A stretch of DNA of 64,000 bases from Neoechinorhynchus agilis (taxonomy: Eukaryota > Animalia > Acanthocephala), in contig CM121342.1 of the NCBI GenBank assembly GCA_051530055.1, positions 406,797-470,796 of the forward strand, in the 5' to 3' direction. Below, in pieces: positions 52,604 to 62,318 of the stretch. The position numbers and the translations under genes are program-made. The notes under the pieces were generated by a model. That model saw only the letters and a list, made by a program, of their open reading frames with translations. It searched no databases and was not told the DNA's origin. The first letter of the stretch is position 1; every line of letters begins with the position of its first letter.

Positions 52604-52945
52604 ACACAAGTCTTGCTTTGTGTTTTCGTTCAGTTTCCGCGGATTAGAGTGGAGCTCCATGACCTTTTGATTACATCTACCCTTCAATGTGAAATTATAC
52701 TTGACAAAAAATAAAAACGAACCTAGAACTATCCCATGTACGGTTTGATATTTGCTCCCATGCTTTCACTTGAGATACGTCTTTGACTGATGCGACATTT
52801 AACATGCGACTAAGGTTGTAAAACGATAACGATATTTAAATACCATAGCTTTAAAAATTTGATAATTCACATTTAAACGCGAAATAAAATGGTGAATGAT
52901 TTCTGTTTAGTTAAAGATAAAATCCATGAGTATGTGGCGACGGGG
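52604..52945 (-). pseudogene. Duplicated FLVCR promoter plus first 19 codons, fused in frame to RTE ORF2
   Basis: 342-bp direct repeat of 46494-46835 (offset 6110); ATG at 52660. Confidence 0.92.
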
Positions 52946-53104
52946 AAAAATATATTAAAGAATGACTTTAATTGAAATGTTTCGTTCAATCACACTGTAC
53001 TTCTTCAGTCAATTATTGCTTGTAAGTTTCAAAAATTCCAGTGTGATTGGACGAAATATTTCAATTAAAGTCATTCTTTGATATAATTTTTCCCCACCGC
53101 CACA
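52933..53104. mobile_element. 172-bp palindromic MITE-like element
   Basis: tgtggcgacggggaaaaa..aaagaatgactttaattgaaat..tcaatcacactg is inverted against cagtgtgattgg..atttcaattaaagtcattcttt..tttttccccaccgccaca; no TSD seen. Confidence 0.75.
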
Positions 53105-53597
53105 GATTTCTGTTTAATTGAACCATTCGTTGCTGTTATAAAGAACAAATACCGTTTCTAAAACGCTGATAAACCAACCAGCTTTAAGATCCATTGCGAC
53201 ACTTAACAGTTGCACCCAGTGCATAATATTAAACTAAAAGTATTAACTAAGCTTCATGAGAGACGGTTCCTTAGAGGCTCAGCCTAAAGACTGCCTTGTT
53301 ATTAGATAGATGTCTTTGTGATGTACAAAACAAAAATGTGCATTGAATGAACCACAATTAACATCGCATATTGCCAACAAATTCAAGGTTTCTTCAACAT
53401 TTGAATTTAAATTGCTTACTGTGCTCCAAATAGTGAAAATAAACGATTCTCTCACTTGAGTCACGGAATGAGAATCTATATTTCCACTGCAATTCATAGA
53501 ATAAATATGATTCATAAAATAAATGTGATTCATACAATGGAAAAATATATTTTCTGTTTAAGTGTGGCCTTTTTAACGGCTGATAAGTTTTCATTGT

Positions 53598-53675
53598 GCA
53601 CACAGCCCACCGATCTGGTTCAGGGATGTGCATAAAATCACTTAATACCCTGGACCATATGGGTGGGCTGTGTGC
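53598..53675. other. 78-nt strong hairpin (candidate structured RNA or tiny MITE)
   Basis: gcacacagcccacc pairs perfectly (14 bp) with ggtgggctgtgtgc; inner stem tggttcaggg / ccctggacca. Confidence 0.5.
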
Positions 53676-53799
53676 CAGGGAGGTGCGAAATTGAGGGAGT
53701 ATGAAAGGAATTGGGAAAATGAGTATTGTGCTCGTGGGGTGTTGTATTTGAATGGAACCTCTTGAACAACTAAGTTTTTTTTCCACACAAACAACAACA

Positions 53800-54265
53800 A
53801 TGATTTATTCGAAAACGAAGACGATGTATTGTAGGGTTACGATAACGATTCCTTATAAGTGAGACGGAAGCGAAAGAGTTGAGCGTTATAACTGTCAGTT
53901 GGAGATCCACTTTCGACTTCGGTCAGCCCAGTCCGATGTGTGTGCCCAAAGATAGGGGAGTTTTGCGAGATTGCTAAGAAAGGTGCTTTGGAAGATCTGA
54001 CGTTGTTCCGGTGGTCAGTCACGAGAAAAAAGACTAGGCCTACTATCGCCCAGGAATTTCATATGCTACGACAATGTTTATCGCCAAGGCCGAGGCGCAA
54101 TGCACGCTTAGCCTTGACTGCGGCGACTTTTAGTAGCTTTTTAAGTTTGGAGATATCTCGTTTCGGTGAAAACTTAGTGGTGAATGTGTAACCTAAAATA
54201 TTGAGTTTCCTTGGGATGGTGCTAACCTCCTGATTGAAAAAACTGCAAAATGTTCGCAAGCAAAT
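53800..54265 (-). mobile_element. 3' fragment of I-group LINE
   Basis: KLKKLLKVAAVKAKRALRLGLGDKHCRSI resembles KFKKLLRVAKLKSRRAFKLGLGSHDARSI at ~20370-20460. Confidence 0.65.
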
Positions 54266-54420
54266 AAATTCACGGACTAAACCCAGCTTTCTGTTTAAAT
54301 ACTAAATTTAATTAAATTAGTTAATGTGAACGGATGGCACGTATAGCACTCGCGGTGTGCAAAAAAATGAAGAATTTTTCAAATTTCGTTACTCCGTATA
54401 TCACTGAATACTGTAGGACT

Positions 54421-55005
54421 TTACTCACTATTCTCTTCTTGATCATCATATTCCTCCTCTTTGTAGTCACTAGGTCCAACGTTTAGCAAATGTTCAACGT
54501 CCGAGATAACTGCAGGTCCGAGAGCCCTATAAAATTCATCAAAATTAATTTTTCCATCCCCATCGAAATCGTTATAAGTCACACCACGTTCAACAAGGTT
54601 TTTTATTTCCTTATCGTCCAAAGCACCGGCAACCATCATCTTGGTAACGTCGAATAGTTCCCGCTTACTAATATAACCATCTCGGTTTTTGTCAAAAATG
54701 TCAAAGGCATATCGAATCTTGGTCTTTACAGGGAGAGGCTTCATGAAAACACAAATTCCGTTGATAAACTCCAGAAAATCGATCTCGCCATTTCCGTCAA
54801 CATCGAACATGGCAACAAGGTGGCGAACAAATGGATTTCTAGCTAGTGGTCCCTCGGCCATTAGTTCTTTGAGATTTAAAGTCCCCGATTGATCAGTGTC
54901 AATTCGCCGAAATGTTTTTTCAATGCGTCCAATGTATTCTGGTTCAATCTCCGCCTTAAGACTGGTCAGTCGCCGGAGGTGTAACCGGGACTTTTTCCCA
55001 CCCAT
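54421..55005 (-). CDS. Calcineurin B-like EF-hand protein, intronless, divergent
   Basis: N-terminal MG (myristoylation-compatible); four canonical EF loops (DTDQSGTLNLKE, DVDGNGEIDFLE, DKNRDGYISKRE, DFDGDGKINFDE); CnB-like NPFVR and KMMV motifs; acidic C-terminal tail. Confidence 0.9.
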   Translation of the reverse strand: MGGKKSRLHLRRLTSLKAEIEPEYIGRIEKTFRRIDTDQSGTLNLKELMAEGPLARNPFVRHLVAMFDVDGNGEIDFLEFINGICVFMKPLPVKTKIRYAFDIFDKNRDGYISKRELFDVTKMMVAGALDDKEIKNLVERGVTYNDFDGDGKINFDEFYRALGPAVISDVEHLLNVGPSDYKEEEYDDQEENSE

Positions 55006-55272
55006 TTAGTTCAATAACGGATTGACCTTGAATTTCTTGAAAGTAACCGGTTGTTATGGTAATTTGGGATGTACAATGTACCAATACATTGCCGCGCAAA
55101 GTGTACGAGGTGCTTATTGGAATTCTAATTATGCAAAACTGACATTAATGGGAAAAATGTAGAAGAACCGTTCCTAATTTGCAAGATACACAGTAGGTTC
55201 AAGTTGTACTAGTTCAAAACTTCATCGACAAAAATATTGCGCAACTTTTGTGTAAAAATTTATTATTTAGTG

Positions 55273-55457
<185 letters not shown>

Positions 55458-55539
55458 AACCACGCCTCATGCAGTTTAGTGGTTCGTACACATATTCACT
55501 TATACTACAGTTTATATTTATAAACACGTTTTATTACTT

Positions 55540-57968
55540 TAAGGTGTCTGGCTGTCGGATGTTGAGGCAGGGAGGTGGGACTTGTCTTTGAAGGAGTTTT
55601 AATGTGCGATCGGAGACTTTGTACAGGAGATAACCGATTGGGAGCCTTTCCTTGTTCTCCGATTGTTCAGGAAAGATTGGGCTTGGGGGAGGAAAGATTT
55701 TTTGTAGAGGGTTATACGAGCGGGGGATGAAAAAGGTTGGGGCTACGGGTGTTTACGAGGGAAGAGTAAAATGGAGTGGAGATGGGCGTCGAGGGGAGGG
55801 AGTGAAGTCCCGCATATTCTCGCTGCTCTCTTGTGGAAGGTTTCGAGGGAGGCCAAAGGAAGCACCTGGTTGGAGGAGAAGGGAGTGATCTACCGACTCA
55901 AACGCCCTGGAAATATCCAGTTGCACGAGACGGACGGTTGATGCTGGATAGGAATCTAAGCTGTGCACAAGCGTATCGTAGATGTAGAGGAGGGCATCAG
56001 AACAAGAGTAATTGGGACGGAAAGCGAATTGTGAAGGGGAGATGTTTTTGAGGAAGAAGGGAAGTAGTCGGGTTTTAAATGAGAAAATTTTATCAAGATT
56101 GGAGGAGAAGCGTGTAAGGAAGGTAACGAGTTGGTAAAGATGAGAGAGCGAGGGCGGGATCGGCAGTTTGTTAAAATCGCCCAATATGATGAAGTGATCT
56201 GAGGAAGTGGAAAGTAGGTCAGTAAATAGGTGGTCTATTTGTTGAAGTGTGTTGGGGATGTTTGAGGAAGGAGGGCGATAGAGGCCAGCGATAGAGATCT
56301 CACGTTGGCCATTGCGGAGGGGGAGATGAAGTTGGATGTGAAGCCATTCAATATCGTCGGAGATGAAAAGGAAGGGTGAAGAGCAATGGTAAGGGAGAGA
56401 GGCGCGAATGCCCCGTTTCGGAAGTCCCTTGTGAGGTGAAAAGCTTGAAAGTTTGGAAGGAAGGCAGATAATTTGCTATGGGGTGAGAGCCATGTTTCCG
56501 TCATTACAAGGATGCCGGTGTTGCAAGAAGAGGCAACAACATGGAGCTCATCCAGTTTGGGGAGGAGATGGCGGATGTTGGCATAAAAGATTATTGGAAA
56601 GAGATGTTTAGAAGGGACATGAGAGGTGGACACTGACGGAGAGGGTTGAAGCTGCGCAGCGAGAAAAGGGATGGGAGTTGACCGATGCGGTAGTTCGGGG
56701 GTTATGGATTCGTGGGTGGACACTGTAGTAAGGGGTGATTTGAGTGTAGGGACCATAAGGGTGGGAACTGAGCGTGCGGGATGAACTCGGGGGAAAGAGG
56801 ATATTGGAAGTTGAAGAGGTGGTGATAAGAGGTGAGGAAGTGTAAGCGTCCAAAATATTTTTCGCTTCTGAGGGGCGAAGCTAAAATTTCCAGATTTGGT
56901 AGGATGCGGATTAGTGGTTTTAGGCAGATAAGAGATGAGTGGAGGCAAGGATGAGAGGGGTTTAGGAGGAGTTAATTTACGAGGCGATGGATGCTTAATG
57001 TAGTCTTTGAAGGATGGTAGGGGTGTGTGCTTTTTACTGGAAAATCGAGGTACCGGAGAGAAAGTGGTAGGTTTTGATGGGGCTAACGTTGAGACGTAGT
57101 CGTAGAAGGATGGAAGGGGTTTATGGTTTTTTCTAGCAGTACGGGGTGCTAGAGAGGAGGTGGAGGATTTAGATGAGGTCGAGGAGGAAGGGGGTTCGGT
57201 TTTAATGATGGAGCAGAGTATGACTTAGATTGCAGGGACGAGGGAAAAGGGGTATGAGAGATGATAGGAACGGAATTAAGGAGGGGAGAAGGTTGTTGAT
57301 GAAAAGTCGAATTAGGGTGTGGAGAGGAGTCTTGGGGGGCGGATACAGCAAAGGGTGGGTGGAAAGGATTCAGAGGGTGAAACGAGGGAGAAGAAGAGGT
57401 TTAGGGTGGGGACATTGAAGACGGAAGGAGTAGGGTTTGGGGGTTTGGGAGTGGTCAGTGTTTGAGTACTTATTAGGAAGGGGGGAACCGTAGAACACGG
57501 TTTGAGCAAGGCGGCAGTACAGAAACCGCAAATAAATTTCCTGCCTACTGCCCAAGTATTTGTGACGAATATTTGAGTTTTAACCGGACAATCGTCCATG
57601 TCACGGGACGAGCTTGGTGGTTGGACGCTTTGGCCTCGGCATTGAGCAAGTGTTTATGACGTTAGATCGTGCGACGACGTTGATCGTGTGACGACGTTGA
57701 TGCTCACAGATTTGATTGCAATTGTTTACGACGTTAGATCTTGTGACGGCGTTGATCGTCTGACAGGGAAAGTATTCGATGATGTGTGACGACGAGAGAG
57801 AACGTTGAACTTTGACGATTGACGAGAGAAAGAACGTTGAACGTTGACGATTGACGTGAGAGAGAACGCTGATTGACGAGAGAGGGAACGTTGACAAGAG
57901 AGAGAACGTTGACGAGAGAGAGAATGCTGACGAGAGAGAGAACGTTGACGAGAGAGAACGTTGACGGG
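55540..57968 (-). mobile_element. CR1-clade LINE, internally deleted
   Basis: FICGFC ORF1; IFYANIRHLLPKLDEL..MTETWL (APE); QFAFRPNYSC..QLDISRAFESVDH (RT); homologous to 42055-45060. Confidence 0.85.
57655..57966. repeat. Minisatellite in the CR1 5' region
   Basis: Units gacgag(ag)nagaacgtt (16-18 nt) and gacgttgatcgtgtgac. Confidence 0.8.
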
Positions 57969-57974
57969 GGCTGC

Positions 57975-59445
57975 ATACAAAAATGTTTGCAGCGCGTAGT
58001 TTTGGTGTTGATAAAAATTACGCTCAGCGAAAAAAGGGCTTTTGCAAGATCCGGATCCTCCTGACGATAGAGGAGGAGGTATGTATGAAGCTATGGATGT
58101 GGATAAAGATGAGGTAAGTACGAGTGTATGTGAGACGGGAATCGGTCAATACGATCCTGCCGTTGTTTCCTCCAGGTTGCGTGAGTGTGACACAGTTAGA
58201 TCTTCCCTGGATCATGTCGATATTAATTTTTTAATAGAAGATGGACATATTTATCATAATCAAGGAAATTTCGTGCCGAGACTTCCCAGATTAAAAGAAA
58301 ATTATATTATAAGAATCAAAAAGGAAAACTTGGAGGTAATATCTTCAAACGAATTAATCAGATTTTTTCAAAGAGAATTGAATCCCCGTAAGCTCGAGGT
58401 GAATAATCATTACCAGATAAAAAGATTTTTTTCTACCGGACATAGAAGGAATTAAGTTGTTTTCAGATTTTTTGAAAAAAAGGGAATCAAGTTTGATGAT
58501 ATATCTAAAAAGTCGTCGTTACTTGTATTTAATCCCCCAGGAAATATGGATAAAGAGGAAATGGATTTATTTTGGCAGACTTTTCAGATGCAACCCATTA
58601 AATATTTAAAAAGGAATCCGGACAAAGCCCTTATGCACTCCTGGTTCAAGGTAATCAAAATGTAATAGAGAAATATAGGGGCCGTTCATGTAGTTTCATT
58701 TCTTATCTAATGCAATTTTCCCAACCAAAAGAAAATACTATTTACGATTATATATTGACACAGTGTTCGAATTGTGCTCAATGGGGACACGTAGTTTTTC
58801 AATGTAAAAACGGAGTAAAATGTAATATCTGTGTAGGAAACCACAATGGCGGTTCTTGTACCCGTAGAAACTTCAAATCATGTGCTAATTGTGGGGGATC
58901 TCATGAAGCATTTAGAAGAATATGCCCGTGTGCGATACGATATTATAAAATGGCAAAGGAGCTTTCTAACTCTGTAAAAAATGAGTGGTAGAATAATAAA
59001 AGCCTTACAAATTTTTTTGTCCCAATGAAAGATAAAAACGTGAAAATAATTTTTTAGAAAAATTATCAGAATTGGGTGAACAAATAAAAGCTCTGAATAG
59101 GACAGTATCGGGACTTACAGAAAAATTGATGTAAAAGGATAAAGTAATCGACTCTTTGAGGGCATTGAACAATGAGCTTATGATAAGGATAAACGGTGGC
59201 TTAGCTACGAAGAATCCACTTAAAATCGAAATCTATGCGAATTAGAGAGTAGTGAGAAAAGTGGGGAGGAAGATTTGGAACCCTCACCTAAACAAATGGC
59301 TTTCTCCCATATAGCAAGGAATAATAAGAATAAAAATAGAAAAAGAGAGGGAACCAGTGCTTCCCATAAATGATAAATATGCCCAGCCAGGTTTTAAATT
59401 TTATTGGGTACAACATATCCAGAGCCTCCACTATTTCTATGGAAG
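57975..59445 (+). mobile_element. I-group-like LINE, 5' half (5'UTR, gag-like ORF1, start of APE)
   Basis: Three knuckles CSNCAQWGHVVFQC, CNICVGNHNGGSC and CANCGGSH; 5'UTR similar to that at ~39060-39115. Confidence 0.85.
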
Positions 59446-59489
59446 CAGATTTATTATCGAACGGAAAATGGGTGTTTTATTTGTTTATT

Positions 59490-59528
59490 GCTTCAAATTT
59501 TCGACGCCTTGCGTCTTCGTCAGGAAGC
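59490..59528 (-). ncRNA. Minimal hammerhead ribozyme in Penelope 3' UTR
   Basis: Reverse complement GCUUC-CUGACGA-A-GACGC-AAG-GCGUC-GAAA-AUU-U-GAAGC. Confidence 0.75.
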
Positions 59529-62235
59529 TTTTCTTCGGTTGTCTGAAAAGGAATCAGAGGAGGGCAACGCTGTCCGTCAGCTCATCCCTCTTATTGAGCA
59601 TCCCCTCTGCCTCGTTGTGTCCGTCCTTGCTGCTCGTAACCCCGCTCAATCCCACTACTTTCTCACGATTAATGCATAGCGCTTCGGCAATCGAGAGATC
59701 CACCGGATCGGATGCCTTGTGCATCACCTCAATCTCGAAGGCTGGGCTGGCACCAACGTGAGAGGTAGCGAAATGGGTAGCCCATGGGGTCGACCGGTAT
59801 GACGGAGCTGTCGGATTGCGCGCATTACGCACGTGTTCCGTCACACGTGAACGTAATGTTCTTTCCGTCTTGCCAACGTAGGACGTTGTCCGTCCTTCGT
59901 CCTTGCATAGCCGGCACAACATCCTATATACCACGCATGTTGATTGGCAAGACGGTCCGAGAAATCGTCCTTCTTCGTTGTGGCACATCAGACATGCCTT
60001 CGGACAACGATTTTGATCCTCGTGGTGCTCGGTCTGCGTCAAAATCTGTCTGAGTGATGGCCCTATCCTGTGGACAACTCGCGCTTTTAACTTGCATTTC
60101 AGCAATGCTTTCTTGACTTCGGTCGTGAATCTTTCATCGACGAATGGCACTTTTAGGACTGGTAGACTTTCCTCTGCTAGTCTACTTCGTCGATCGAATC
60201 TTTTCTCTTTTTTCATCGCACCAGCCGTCAACCTGGTAATGTCCTTGCTGGAATACCCATTACCAGCGAACAGTCGCTTTATCCGCTCCTCCGCCTCGTG
60301 TTTTCCATGATCCGTCGAAGCACATATCCTTGCTGTTTTCCACATTTCTGTGAAGATAGATTTCTTGATGATCCATGGATGGTGAGACTCACGATGAAGG
60401 ACCAGATATTTCTTGCATGGCTTCCTGTACCATGTTCTTGTTATTGGGTTATTCACCATAAAACAGAGGTTCAGGGACGGTAGATAGTCACTTGGTTTAT
60501 CCCGAGTAACCTTGATGCGACCTGCTAAATCCATTGAATTTAGCTTTTCTTCGATTGTGTCGACCTCACTATCCTCGTGGTAGGTTAGCAGCACATCATC
60601 CACATATCGGAGATAGATTTGACTCGACGAAAGATGTGGAAAAATGTGCTGCGCCTCTAAGCCATCGAGGAATAGATTAGCCAAGACTGGCGCGAGACTG
60701 TTACCCATCGAGAGACCACGGACTTGACGATACAGTTGATTTCGGAATCGAAAAAGGTTGCATTGTAGGACCAGACGTGTGAGCATCAACACATCAGAAG
60801 GTTCCATTCCGAACAGGTTTGTCCGACGTTCTTGCAACTTCCTGGCCAATGTATCAATTGCGGCTTCAGTGTCGACATTCGTATATAAGCTTTGGAAATC
60901 GAAGGACATCACTTTAGATCGTTGCAGGATATCTTGCCTCGATTCCAATGTTTCTGTTAGTCCGCGCGTATTTTTAATGTATGCTGGCCCATCTCCAACC
61001 AAAGGAGCCAACATCTTGGCTAGCAGTTTGGATATCCTATATGCTGGTCCATTTATTGTAGATACAATTGGTCTGCATTTGAGCTGGTCTCCTCTCAATA
61101 AGACCTCCGGCATCTTATGGGTCTTTACCATCGCATATAGAACTGGGGTACGTAAGGGCCCTTGGGTAAATGCGTGCATTCTCGTAAGGTTCCTACGCGT
61201 GACTATCCTGCGAAAAGCTTCGTTCAAACTGCATCGTTTCTCATCGGAATCATCCTCCGTTTCGGGCTTATATAGAGATTCATCGGAAATCAATTTCTTC
61301 ATCATTTCGTCTTTTGTTCTGAACAAGAACATGGTACAGGAAGCCATGCAAGAAAGATCTGGTCCTTCATCGTGAGTCTCACCATCCATGGATCATCAAG
61401 AAATCTATCTTCACAGAAATGTGGAAAACAGCAAGGATATGTGCTTCGACGGATCATGGAAAACACGAGGCGGAGGAGCGGATAAAGCGACTGTTCGCTG
61501 GTAATGGGTATTCCAGCAAGGACATTACCAGGTTGACGGCTGGTGCGATGAAAAAAGAGAAAAGATTCGATCGACGAAGTAGACTAGCAGAGGAAAGTCT
61601 ACCAGTCCTAAAAGTGCCATTCGTCGATGAAAGATTCACGACCGAAGTCAAGAAAGCATTGCTGAAATGCAAGTTAAAAGCGCGAGTTGTCCACAGGATA
61701 GGGCCATCACTCAGACAGATTTTGACGCAGACCGAGCACCACGAGGATCAAAATCGTTGTCCGAAGGCATGTCTGATGTGCCACAACGAAGAAGGACGAT
61801 TTCTCGGACCGTCTTGCCAATCAACATGCGTGGTATATAGGATGTTGTGCCGGCTATGCAAGGACGAAGGACGGACAACGTCCTACGTTGGCAAGACGGA
61901 AAGAACATTACGTTCACGTGTGACGGAACACGTGCGTAATGCGCGCTATCCGACAGCTCCGTCATACCGGTCGACCCCATGGGCTACCCATTTCGCTACC
62001 TCTCACGTTGGTGCCAGCCTAGCCTTCGAGATTGAGGTGATGCACAAGGCATCCGATCCGGTGGATCTCTCGATTGCCGAAGCGCTATGCATTAATCGTG
62101 AGAAAGTAGTGGGATTGAGCGGGGTTACGAGCAGCAAGGACGGACACAACGAGGCAGAGGGGATGCTCAATAAGAGGGATGAGCTGACGGACAGCGTTGC
62201 CCTCCTCTGATTCCTTTTCAGACAACCGAAGAAAA

Positions 62236-62274
62236 GCTTCCTGACGAAGACGCAAGGCGTCGAAAATTTGAAGC
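62236..62274 (+). ncRNA. Minimal hammerhead ribozyme in the inverted pLTR copy
   Basis: Stem I GCUUC/GAAGC, CUGACGA box, stem II GACGC/GCGUC, GAAA box, palindromic AAUU stem III; predicted cut after 62269. Confidence 0.75.
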
Positions 62275-62318
62275 AATAAACAAATAAAACACCCGTTTTC
62301 CGTTCGATAATAAATCTG

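Larger units (their letters stand above)
59446..62318 (-). mobile_element. Penelope-like element (RT plus GIY-YIG, Cys-rich linker of Neptune/Nematis type), 5' truncated, with 997-bp inverted repeat
   Basis: RPIVS, SFDFQSLYTNV, GLSMGNSLAP, RYVDD, WYRKP; VVYRMLC..C..SYVGKTERTLRSRVTEH; 59446-60442 is inverted at 61322-62318. Confidence 0.97.

Noticed and set aside
57726-58064. SRQ/LVN/TRE repeat ORFs
   Set aside because: They are translations of the CR1 5' minisatellite.
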